From the UHGV virus genome UHGV-0117658: 15,978 nucleotides of DNA; one strand, given 5' to 3'. Positions 8,049 to 15,950 of the stretch are shown piece after piece. Positions within the stretch are counted from its first letter, which is position 1. The number at the start of each line of letters is the position of its first letter. The notes beneath the pieces were generated by a model. The model had not been told where the DNA came from. It did not search any database and worked only from the letters and a program-made list of their open reading frames with translations. A program made the position numbers and the translations under genes. The DNA comes from a virus.

Positions 8049-9064
8049 AAAAACGGAAATACAGGGAACGCCGCACCGCCAGCAAGCCGCGCCATATGAG
8101 CCTTATTACCCTGGGTAAACCGGAACCCATTCTGACGACCGGCACAAACTACACAGACGTCTGGTATGACAATGAAGCGGAACACTGGACGCTCCCGATT
8201 GACCGGCTGGCGCTGGCGCAACTGGTGAACCTGAACGCGCAGCACGGCGGTGTGCTGTATGCCCGTCGCAATATGGTGACGGCAAACTATAAAGACGGCG
8301 GACTGACGCATGAACAGCTTGGTGCAGCCGTGTTCGACTGGCTGACCTTCGGTGATGTGGCCATTCTGAAAGTGCGTAACGGCTGGGGGGATGTGGTGGC
8401 ACTGTACCCGCTGCCGGCACTCTATACCCGCCAGCGTAAGACCGGGGAGTTTGTGGTACTGCAGCAGGGTGAACCGATGATTTATCCGCCTGAAGATATT
8501 ATTTTTCTCAGGCAGTACGATCCGCAACAGGCGATTTATGGTCTGCCGGATTATATCAGCGGTATCCATTCTGCCCTGCTTAACGGTGAGGCAACAATTT
8601 TTCGTCGGCGTTACTACCATAACGGCGGACACACAGGTGGCATGATCTACTGTAACGACCCAAATATGACTGATGAAGTGGAAGAAGAAATTATTCAGAA
8701 GCTGGAGCAGTCAAAGGGGATCGGGAACTTCAGCACCATGTTTGTGAACATCCCCAAAGGCGATCCGGACGGCATCAAATTTATCCCGATTGGGGATATC
8801 AGCGCCAAAGATGAGTTTCAGAACATCAAGAGCATCAGCGCCCAGGACGTACTGACCGCGCATCGATTCCCGGCAGGACTGGCGGGGATTATCCCGACGA
8901 ACGGCGCAGTAATGGGAGATGTTGAGAAAGCGTCCAAAACCTACCGCAAAGCAGAAATTTTGCCCATTCAGCGCATGTTTACCGCCGCAGTGGAACAGGA
9001 AAGTGATGTACCGCCCCACCTGTACCTTAATTTCCTGAAAGACAGTGAGCTGGAAGGTGATTAA
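8045..9064 (+). CDS. Q: Portal protein, gpQ-like, 339 aa
   Basis: Translationally coupled to P; size and order (P then Q) match the P2 packaging module; internal motifs (LFRR.YY.NG.H.G, DGIK.IP) resemble P2 gpQ as recalled. Confidence 0.85.
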   Translation: MKKRKYRERRTASKPRHMSLITLGKPEPILTTGTNYTDVWYDNEAEHWTLPIDRLALAQLVNLNAQHGGVLYARRNMVTANYKDGGLTHEQLGAAVFDWLTFGDVAILKVRNGWGDVVALYPLPALYTRQRKTGEFVVLQQGEPMIYPPEDIIFLRQYDPQQAIYGLPDYISGIHSALLNGEATIFRRRYYHNGGHTGGMIYCNDPNMTDEVEEEIIQKLEQSKGIGNFSTMFVNIPKGDPDGIKFIPIGDISAKDEFQNIKSISAQDVLTAHRFPAGLAGIIPTNGAVMGDVEKASKTYRKAEILPIQRMFTAAVEQESDVPPHLYLNFLKDSELEGD

Positions 9065-9117
9065 TGTTCGCAAAAAGGCTAAAATATCATCGTTTTCCAA
9101 CTTCCGGAGCGATGGAT

Positions 9118-9393
9118 ATGCGGGTAATGAAGGTTTACTGTCCGGTATGTGAGGCAAGGGCTGTTATCAAAAAAACAGCCCGAAAACACAAGGAACTGTC
9201 GGATTTATATTGCGCGTGTACCGATGTTGAATGTGGTCACACTTTTGTGATGAATATGACATTCTCACATACCATCAGCCCCAGCGCCAAATCCAGCGAT
9301 GCGTTGATCGCCACTATCTGTAACAGCCTTGATATCCAGCAAAAGCAGCTGATGTTAAAGTTTCTGAGTCAGGACGGCACTGCTGCCGCATAG
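9118..9393 (+). CDS. ogr: Ogr/Delta-family zinc-finger late transcription activator, about 91 aa with a C-terminal extension
   Basis: CPVC-x19-YCACTDVECGHTFV matches the Ogr/Delta signature (C-x2-C ... C-x-C-x4-C-G-H-T-F). Start chosen at the ATG at 9118 with GGAG 9 nt upstream; the track ORF 9064..9393 is in the same frame. Confidence 0.7.
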   Translation: MRVMKVYCPVCEARAVIKKTARKHKELSDLYCACTDVECGHTFVMNMTFSHTISPSAKSSDALIATICNSLDIQQKQLMLKFLSQDGTAAA

Positions 9394-9398
9394 AAAAA

Positions 9399-9426
9399 AG
9401 CACCGCTACCGGTGCTTTTATTTTCT
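9399..9426 (+). terminator. Rho-independent terminator (stem agcaccg/cggtgct, loop ctac, then ttttatttt) immediately after the ogr-like gene; A-run upstream makes it potentially bidirectional
   Basis: Read directly from sequence. Confidence 0.6.
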
Positions 9427-9532
9427 GAGATGTAACAGATTCCCATCTATCAACGTCGATGAATGACCAAGTGATTAATAGTCCCCCCCTCCTAAACATG
9501 ATATTATCTTTCCAAATTTTGGGAGGCATCTT

Positions 9533-10252
9533 ATGTTAATAGTCTCAGTTCTTAAATGTAGTAAAGAGTTTACCCCTAAACACGCCCAATGGCTTCATCG
9601 TCAGTTCAAAGATATTCCATCTATATGTTTAACCGATGCAGATAATATTCCTGGAGTTAACACAACCCCTTTGCTTTATAACTGGCCGGGATGGTGGTCT
9701 AAAATTGAACTATTTAATCCTAATCACCCAGTCCTTGGAGACCAAGATTTACTCTATTTTGACGTAGATGTTGTGGTCACGGGAGATATTCATATTTTCG
9801 AAGGTGCGAAGAAATTTACAATGCTTCGGGAGTTTAACCATGCCTCAAGAGTAAACTCATCAATAATGATGATTCCGGCGTCGATTAAAAAGACGATTTG
9901 GGAACAATTCATTATTGATCCTGAGAAAATTATGCGCAATTGTCAGACTGAAGACAAATGGGGTGATCAGGGATTTCTCGGTAGCATCATAAAACCAGCC
10001 CTATGGCAGGATATCATTCCTGGCTCAATTGTTAGTTATAAATGTGACATCGCCACCCCCTCGATGATTGGCTTCAATGCAAATTTAGCCTCTGAGGCTG
10101 CGACAGGGAAAGTCCCTGATAATGTGGCGGTTGTTTGCTTTCATGGCAGTCCACGCCCCTGGCGTACTGGTTTTGATTGGGTTCCTTCGTTTTCCCTGCG
10201 GGATACTCTGTACGGTAAATTAAAGAACTTTAAAATAAGAATGAAGCAATAA
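9533..10252 (+). CDS. Glycosyltransferase family 8-like (LgtC/RfaJ-type) nucleotide-sugar transferase, 239 aa; AT-rich accessory gene
   Basis: DxD motif in LYFDVDVVV, WGDQGFL and CFHGSPRPW blocks parallel GT8 motifs (YLDIDVLV, QDQDILN, HYCGPAKPW in LgtC, recalled from memory). Strong SD gggagg 6 nt before the ATG. Clearly lower GC than the flanking phage genes. Confidence 0.6.
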   Translation: MLIVSVLKCSKEFTPKHAQWLHRQFKDIPSICLTDADNIPGVNTTPLLYNWPGWWSKIELFNPNHPVLGDQDLLYFDVDVVVTGDIHIFEGAKKFTMLREFNHASRVNSSIMMIPASIKKTIWEQFIIDPEKIMRNCQTEDKWGDQGFLGSIIKPALWQDIIPGSIVSYKCDIATPSMIGFNANLASEAATGKVPDNVAVVCFHGSPRPWRTGFDWVPSFSLRDTLYGKLKNFKIRMKQ

Positions 10253-10320
10253 AGATAACGCCCCTATTGCTTCAATGTTCGCTCCTTCCCCTAACAATAA
10301 AGTTAGGCACTAGTGAACCG

Positions 10321-12978
10321 TTACTTTTCCCGGCCAAATATCCAGCAGCGGAATGTTTCCGGCATCCGTTGCATATCCCCTTTACCACGATTATGGCGCT
10401 CACTTACCGCGCTGCGCGTGGTGCTTTGTCTGATAAACCGGCGCTCATTGCCGTTTTTAAGCAGCTTTTTAATTTCCGTTAACGTGAACGGAATACGCTG
10501 CCGGTGTGCTGCGGCGACCTCTTCCATGTGATTGAAATTAACCGCGATTTCATTTTCATCTGATGAATGATTGATGCCATAAGGTGCCAGTTCATCCAAG
10601 TAATCAAACAGCTCCCAGAACTCCTGCACCAGAGGATGATCCTTTTTAAGTGCCTGACAACGTTCAACGGCCAGCGCGGTGATGGCTTCACGCGTTTTTT
10701 CTATACGTTCAACCGGCACCGGTACAACAAGTGCAAGCGCCTCCAGCAAGCCCACAAGCTGCGCGTGATTCTTTGCAATACGGATATGGCGAATACTGCT
10801 ATTAGACTCCAGCTCATTCCTAGCTCGCTCGTACCCCCTGCCGAACGTCTGCATGATTTCTTTTTCGCGCATGGTGGCCAGTAATGTGAATCCGGATACC
10901 TGGCTAACGGGGAGTTGTTCAAGTCGTTCTGCAGCGTGGCGCGTCTGAATGGACTGGCCGCGCTTGTCGGTATAGATGTGGATGATACGCTCCAGAAACG
11001 CCTTGCTGCCGTCTGTGTCGGCATTTTGCGCTATCACAATACTTCCCCTGAACGGCGGCTCATACGTCTCGTTATTGTTCGATTTGATACCCACGGCGCG
11101 GGAGGCACGACCGTTATACAGTGATTTCAGCTCGTCCCAGTCAAAAGCGCGTTGCTTGGCGTTATCGGTAGTACGGTCGCCCTCAATCAGCACAACCGGC
11201 AGATTACCGACCTGGGCGAAGTTACGGCCACGCGCGGCGGCGGTAGATTTAGATGGGTCAAACCCTTCGTATTCCTCACGGCCGGCGAGCTTCCAGAGAA
11301 ATTCTATCAGCGTGGATTTACCTGTCCCCGGCTCGCCCACGATTTCCAGAAACGGAAATGACTTGTCACGCTCGCGGATTTGTTCGGCAAACAGCGACCC
11401 CAGCCAGAACGCCAGCGCCACATACCCTTTTTCACCAAATGCCGTCCAGATATCGTCTACCCAACCCGTAGTAAACTCGTTCAGCTTCGGATTCAGATCC
11501 AGCGCCGGCGTGAGGCTCAGGCTCTTAACGCTGGCACTGTTGATTTCGAAGTAATCCTCGTCGTTCATCTCATACAGCCGGCCATCGCAAACGGCCACGC
11601 GGTTAAACAACCAGGCGGCATAATCCTTGTTATAGCCGATGAAATTCTGCGTCTTTACCTCTTTGATTTCAGGGAGGCGCATCTGGATGAACTTATCCAG
11701 CTGTTTGGTGCTGCCTGTGTACACCGCCCCTTTGGCGATGTGCAGCAGACGCTTTTTGAACTCGGCGGAGCTGGTGAGCTGATTAGCCGTGAAAGTATCT
11801 TTCACGGCTGGCCGGTTAGGCATACTGACTTTCACGTAATACCAGGACTCGTCCGTAGGTTCAGACCGCTGAAAGTAAAGCGGCGTCAGCCAGCAGTTAG
11901 CTATTTCGGTCACGCCGCCTGACTCTTTAACCGCCCGTTCTTTGGCCTCCCACTCCATCACCACTTCGGTACCGGTATTGGTGATGCGCTCATAGGCTCG
12001 CATATACCTGTCCAGATCCAGCTCAAACCAGTACATGCGGGAGTTATGCTCAAAGTAGAACGAGTGCCACTCGTTATGCTGATGCATGAGCAGCGCTTTC
12101 TCAGTCGGGCTTTTTGCCAGAAGGAGATCGCCATAGTAGCGATAATTTTTAATGTCCGACTTACTGAACCGGTTACGTAACAACAGGTCATTCCAGTCCA
12201 GCGATGCCGATGATTTCACCGGCTGCGCGGCACGAGTTTTCCATCCTGCAGCATCACTACGGGCAGCGAACGCCAGTGTGTGCTTTGTGCCGGCTTTATC
12301 GCCGTCAAACGCCCATACAAGACGTGGACGTGGTTTTTCACCCAGTTCTTTGGCCAGCGTATCCAGTGCGGCCAGCGGATAGTTGTTACTGCTCAGTGTG
12401 GCAACTGCAGGTAACCCTGCCTGGCACAGACTCAGCGCGTTGAAGATTCCCTCAGTGATCCAGATTTCGTTCACTTCCTGCAGGTTGATAAAGGGAGGAA
12501 CCCACCAGTGACCGACATAGCTTCCCCTGATGTTGGCTTTCTGCTTACCGAAGCGCTGCGGCTGGTCAATGATGCGCTCCCATGTTGCACCGCATGACAG
12601 CGAAAATCTGACCGTTGCCGACCCCATGCCATCTTTCACGAATGCACCCTGGGTAAAACAGCCTTTTAATGGCTCAGTCTCCAGCCCTCTGGCCTCGCGC
12701 AGATACGCCTCAGCTACTGCATGGGGGTTATCTTCTGTGGTCTGGTAACGTTTTGACCAGTCTTCAAAGATATCCGGATACAGCTCTTTCACGACAATCT
12801 GATGTGCGCAGTTATTTTCACGGCCACATTTCAGAATCCAGGGCTTTTCTATGCTGGTAAATAATTCGCGCTTACGACAGGCAGGGCAAACGCCCTGCTG
12901 CAAATACTTATCCCGCTCTTTAAATTCAAAGTCCCGAACAAGACGGCGCACAACGTCCTGTTGTATCGTTTCGTTCAT
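10321..12978 (-). CDS. Replicative primase-helicase, P4-alpha-like architecture (N-terminal Cys4 zinc ribbon, TOPRIM primase domain, C-terminal P-loop NTPase), about 885 aa
   Basis: CPACRK...CGRENNCAH zinc ribbon; TOPRIM-like ITEGIFNALSL and FDGDKAG motifs; Walker A GEPGTGKST. The track ORF begins at a TTG (13014); the first ATG (MNETIQQ) at 12978 is used here. Confidence 0.8.
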   Translation of the reverse strand: MNETIQQDVVRRLVRDFEFKERDKYLQQGVCPACRKRELFTSIEKPWILKCGRENNCAHQIVVKELYPDIFEDWSKRYQTTEDNPHAVAEAYLREARGLETEPLKGCFTQGAFVKDGMGSATVRFSLSCGATWERIIDQPQRFGKQKANIRGSYVGHWWVPPFINLQEVNEIWITEGIFNALSLCQAGLPAVATLSSNNYPLAALDTLAKELGEKPRPRLVWAFDGDKAGTKHTLAFAARSDAAGWKTRAAQPVKSSASLDWNDLLLRNRFSKSDIKNYRYYGDLLLAKSPTEKALLMHQHNEWHSFYFEHNSRMYWFELDLDRYMRAYERITNTGTEVVMEWEAKERAVKESGGVTEIANCWLTPLYFQRSEPTDESWYYVKVSMPNRPAVKDTFTANQLTSSAEFKKRLLHIAKGAVYTGSTKQLDKFIQMRLPEIKEVKTQNFIGYNKDYAAWLFNRVAVCDGRLYEMNDEDYFEINSASVKSLSLTPALDLNPKLNEFTTGWVDDIWTAFGEKGYVALAFWLGSLFAEQIRERDKSFPFLEIVGEPGTGKSTLIEFLWKLAGREEYEGFDPSKSTAAARGRNFAQVGNLPVVLIEGDRTTDNAKQRAFDWDELKSLYNGRASRAVGIKSNNNETYEPPFRGSIVIAQNADTDGSKAFLERIIHIYTDKRGQSIQTRHAAERLEQLPVSQVSGFTLLATMREKEIMQTFGRGYERARNELESNSSIRHIRIAKNHAQLVGLLEALALVVPVPVERIEKTREAITALAVERCQALKKDHPLVQEFWELFDYLDELAPYGINHSSDENEIAVNFNHMEEVAAAHRQRIPFTLTEIKKLLKNGNERRFIRQSTTRSAVSERHNRGKGDMQRMPETFRCWIFGREK

Positions 12979-13017
12979 AAATAATCCAGATGTGAAATAA
13001 TGGGTAAAAGGCAAAAA

Positions 13018-13236
13018 CTATATTCTGTACTGCTTGTTATATCGCTCATGTGTCATTAGTTCCCAGCTTCTGCCCTTATCCTTACTCAGTAATCGCCAGC
13101 GATAAGAAACATGAACAGAGAAATAATGTTTTGGCTTAATAACCTGATATACCTTTTTGCCGTTGTAATATTCTGTCAGCACTGAAAATGCCTTGTGAAT
13201 GACACTTTCACTTGCATGAGAGGTCACTGTAAGCAT
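13018..13236 (-). CDS. Possible small basic protein (72 aa), start 2 nt after the exonuclease stop; uncertain
   Basis: ORF only; AT-rich; no SD recognised; occupies the otherwise 260-bp gap between the exonuclease and primase genes. Confidence 0.25.
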   Translation of the reverse strand: MLTVTSHASESVIHKAFSVLTEYYNGKKVYQVIKPKHYFSVHVSYRWRLLSKDKGRSWELMTHERYNKQYRI

Positions 13237-13238
13237 CG

Positions 13239-13808
13239 TTATTTCACACTGGCTATTTTTACAAGATACATCCAGACATAAGAAACAACTTTAGCCTGAT
13301 GAATGGCATCATATAAAGCGTGATGTTTAACACCATCAAACTTAATAATATTACGAACATTCAGCCCAAGTGTTTTTGACAGTTCAACAACCGTTCTTAC
13401 ATCACGGTCATTCCAGTAGTACCAAAGTGGATCGGCAAACCCGCATTTCTCTGATGCATTACGTAAAATAACATTGTCGAACGCTGCACTATTCCCCCAT
13501 ACCTGTACTTTAGATGGGTCAGAATGCTCAGTAATAAAAGCTTCCAGATTAGCTAACGTCAGAGGCAAGTCCAGACAATCGTCATTAAGCAGCTCGCTAC
13601 GCGCTTCGGCATCCTGACGCATCCACCATAATACGGTTTCTGACCCCATAGTGAGACCGTGGCCTACACAGCTGCCCAGGCTGACACGTTGATAAAACTG
13701 TTCACCCATTTCGCCAGTTTCAGGGTCAAAGAATACAGCACCGATAGAAGCAATCGCAGAAGTCGGTTTATTATCCATTGTTTCAAGGTCAATCATTAAA
13801 TGTTTCAT
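13239..13808 (-). CDS. DEDDh-type 3'-5' exonuclease (DnaQ-like fold), 189 aa
   Basis: N-terminal MIDLET motif (Exo I, D-x-E), a central ...FD... block and C-terminal H-x4-D (HHALYDA) are characteristic of the DnaQ/RNase T superfamily; SD aaggaaccgat-ATG. Confidence 0.75.
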   Translation of the reverse strand: MKHLMIDLETMDNKPTSAIASIGAVFFDPETGEMGEQFYQRVSLGSCVGHGLTMGSETVLWWMRQDAEARSELLNDDCLDLPLTLANLEAFITEHSDPSKVQVWGNSAAFDNVILRNASEKCGFADPLWYYWNDRDVRTVVELSKTLGLNVRNIIKFDGVKHHALYDAIHQAKVVSYVWMYLVKIASVK

Positions 13809-13817
13809 ATCGGTTCC

Positions 13818-14153
13818 TTAACGTTGGGAAGCTGCAACAGATTTAAGATGCGAGTTATTACTTTTTAACGCTGTGGTAGCCAGCGACATAAGACCGGAAA
13901 TGTTATTTTCAGTTGGTATATTTCCGCCAAATACCATAAGCGTGATTTTGTGCAGTTCTTCAAAATCATCACTATCATTATTAAAGCGAGCAGTGGAGGT
14001 TATACCCTCAAGGCATTTTGCAAGCTGAATGTTTAATTCCATTAACTGCAAGCCATCGCTATGTACAGAGAATGTTTCTTTATCAATAGTTTTTGCCTGA
14101 GCGTGATAGTTTTGCAACAGACTACGAATCAGCGTGGCATATTTAGTCTTCAT
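13818..14153 (-). CDS. Hypothetical protein (about 111 aa from the ATG at 14153), AT-rich early-region gene
   Basis: ORF with GGGGA SD before the ATG at 14153 (the track's 14165 start is a TTG); no recognised domain. Confidence 0.5.
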   Translation of the reverse strand: MKTKYATLIRSLLQNYHAQAKTIDKETFSVHSDGLQLMELNIQLAKCLEGITSTARFNNDSDDFEELHKITLMVFGGNIPTENNISGLMSLATTALKSNNSHLKSVAASQR

Positions 14154-14179
14154 GATAATCCCCAATAATATTTAGTTTA

Positions 14180-14461
14180 CTAACGAGCACTTTTATCTTT
14201 CGTGAATAAACGGTTCTTCCAGTCATGCCATTCAGGCGGGGCAATTTGAGCCAAATGAATGGCATAAGCATCCCATTCCCCCCGATGGATATAGATTTCC
14301 CCACCTTTTTTTGATGGATTTAGAGGGTCTTTCATGCGGATTACCGGCAGTTTTCCAGCCGTGGCCATTTTGCGAATTGCAGCAGGCGTTTTGCCTATAT
14401 ATTCGGCAAAAAGCTCAGGGGTCACCAACTCTGAAAGCGCCTTTTCTGCTGGTTCCTTCAT
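14180..14461 (-). CDS. cox: Cox-like/excisionase-family small DNA-binding protein (93 aa), divergent from the repressor
   Basis: Position and orientation identical to P2 cox relative to C and int; size 93 aa (P2 Cox 91 aa); ...GKLPVIRMKDP... resembles the Cox/Xis-type wing region as recalled. Confidence 0.65.
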   Translation of the reverse strand: MKEPAEKALSELVTPELFAEYIGKTPAAIRKMATAGKLPVIRMKDPLNPSKKGGEIYIHRGEWDAYAIHLAQIAPPEWHDWKNRLFTKDKSAR

Positions 14462-14569
14462 CTGTGGTATCCTTCGTTAGTTTGGGTTCCTAGGGCGCTT
14501 TAAGTCGTTCTAGGGTTCTTTTGTCAAGGTTCTTTTGTAAGAACCAATAATAGTTACGATACAAGAACC
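14462..14569. promoter_or_regulatory. Immunity switch region between cox and C: divergent promoters with multiple GGTTCT half-sites (direct and inverted) and two CTAGGG motifs
   Basis: Direct reading: gggttcc (14484), gttctaggg (14507), ggttcttttgt x2 (14514, 14529; 15-bp period), inverted aagaacc x2 (14539, 14563); ctaggg at 14490 and 14510. Confidence 0.55.
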
Positions 14570-14869
14570 ATGTCAAGAAATTATGCGGAGAAACTCCGGC
14601 AGATCCGGAAAGCTGAAGGGTTAACTCAAAAAGATTTTTCAGAGCTTACTGGGGTAGCTCTTGGAACAATAAAAAAGTACGAAACTGGCCATCAGCCAGC
14701 TCGTGCAGAAGTCTTAGAAAGTGTTATAGAGGTACATATGTTTGAAAAATATACACTCTGGTTAATGACAGATAAGACGGCACCAATTGCGGGGCAGGTG
14801 TCCCCGTCTCTCTCCCCTGATGGGCAAGACAACATAACATCATCCCGTTCCACCCGGAAAATTGGCTAA
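14570..14869 (+). CDS. C: P2 C-type immunity repressor (HTH), 99 aa
   Basis: Exactly 99 aa like P2 C; HTH LTQKDFSELTGVALGTIKKYETG; the FEKYTLWLMTDKTAPIAGQVSP block parallels P2 C (FTKYTLWFMTNQIAPESGQIAP, recalled from memory). Confidence 0.8.
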   Translation: MSRNYAEKLRQIRKAEGLTQKDFSELTGVALGTIKKYETGHQPARAEVLESVIEVHMFEKYTLWLMTDKTAPIAGQVSPSLSPDGQDNITSSRSTRKIG

Positions 14870-14935
14870 ACATCTGGTTTTTCTATGCGTTAGCGCAAAA
14901 TTTACATAATGATTCATACATCGGAGGGCTTCGCT

Positions 14936-15928
14936 ATGTCGATTAAGAAGCTTGATGATGGTCGTTTTGAAGTGGACGTTAGACCGCGCGGAACCTCAGG
15001 AAGAAGGATTCGACGCAAATTTGACAGAAAGGCGGAAGCACAGGCATACGAGCGGTATGTACTGACAAACTTTCACGATAAAGAATGGCAGGATAAACCC
15101 GCAGACAGGAGGCTTGTATCCGAGTTAATTTCTTTATGGTGGAGCTACCATGGAAAGAATCACAACTATGGTGACTCATATAAAAAGCGTTTGGAAAAAA
15201 TCAACCGAGAAATGGCGGAACCCAGAGTGTACGAGCTTACCCGCAACTTTCTGATGAAATATCGTGCAGAACGACTTCATAGTGGAGTATCTGCTGGCAC
15301 GGTAAACAGGGATTTCTGTTCCATGTCCAGCATGTTCAGTTTGCTGATAGATATGGAAGAATTTCATCACGAAAACCCGTTTCGCGCCGTGAAGAAGTTA
15401 CGTCTGGAAAACACAGAAATGTCATTTCTGTCCGAAGAAGAGATCCACCATTTGCTGAATGCCCTTACAGGGGATGATCGCAGAGTTGTCGTTCTTTGCC
15501 TGAATACAGGAGCACGATGGGGTGAAGCCAGTAATCTTAAAGCTGAAAACGTGATAAGTAACCGTGTGACCTTTGTTAAGACCAAAACCGGCCCAGCTCG
15601 TACTGTTCCGATATCGAAGGAAATCGCGGACTACATCCTTACACGCAAATCGGGGAAATTGTTCGATACCAACTATGAGCGAGTTCGCGATGTTCTTCGT
15701 AAGATTAAGCCAGACTTGCCGAAAGGTCAGGCACTGCATGTTTTACGCCATACCTTCGCAACACATTTCATGATCAACGGCGGGAATATCATCACGCTAC
15801 AGCGTATTTTGGGTCATACAACAATCGAGCAAACAATGACATATGCTCACTTCGCCCCAGATTATCTGACTGATGCCATACGATTTAACCCTATGCGTGG
15901 GAGTGTCCACATAATGTCCACCGACTAG
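14936..15928 (+). CDS. int: P2-family tyrosine integrase, about 330 aa
   Basis: Begins MSIKKLDDGRFEVDVRP after a GGAGG SD (the track ORF starts 9 codons upstream); catalytic-region blocks CLNTGARWGEA, NRVTFVKTKT, HVLRHTFATHFMINGG, ITLQRILGHT.IEQTM.YAHFAP match P2 Int as recalled. Confidence 0.9.
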   Translation: MSIKKLDDGRFEVDVRPRGTSGRRIRRKFDRKAEAQAYERYVLTNFHDKEWQDKPADRRLVSELISLWWSYHGKNHNYGDSYKKRLEKINREMAEPRVYELTRNFLMKYRAERLHSGVSAGTVNRDFCSMSSMFSLLIDMEEFHHENPFRAVKKLRLENTEMSFLSEEEIHHLLNALTGDDRRVVVLCLNTGARWGEASNLKAENVISNRVTFVKTKTGPARTVPISKEIADYILTRKSGKLFDTNYERVRDVLRKIKPDLPKGQALHVLRHTFATHFMINGGNIITLQRILGHTTIEQTMTYAHFAPDYLTDAIRFNPMRGSVHIMSTD

Positions 15929-15950
15929 GGCATTTTAGGGTGTATTAGGG
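15926..15950 (+). repeat. Three TAGGG direct repeats at a 10-bp period overlapping the int stop codon; candidate arm-type/Cox-type protein-binding sites of the attachment region
   Basis: Direct reading: cTAGGGcatttTAGGGtgtatTAGGGtta; the same pentamer occurs twice in the cox-C switch region. Confidence 0.45.

Noticed and set aside
7248-8632. Two long - strand ORFs (241 and 289 aa)
   Set aside because: Antisense to the terminase ATPase and portal genes, which have strong family signatures; no SD or family resemblance.
9427-9532. C-rich tract (tcccccccctcc) after the ogr terminator as a candidate cos
   Set aside because: Weak similarity (about 9 of 15 positions) to the recalled P2 cos; cannot be supported without alignment.
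10976-11922. + strand ORFs of 192 and 180 aa
   Set aside because: Embedded antisense within the primase-helicase gene.
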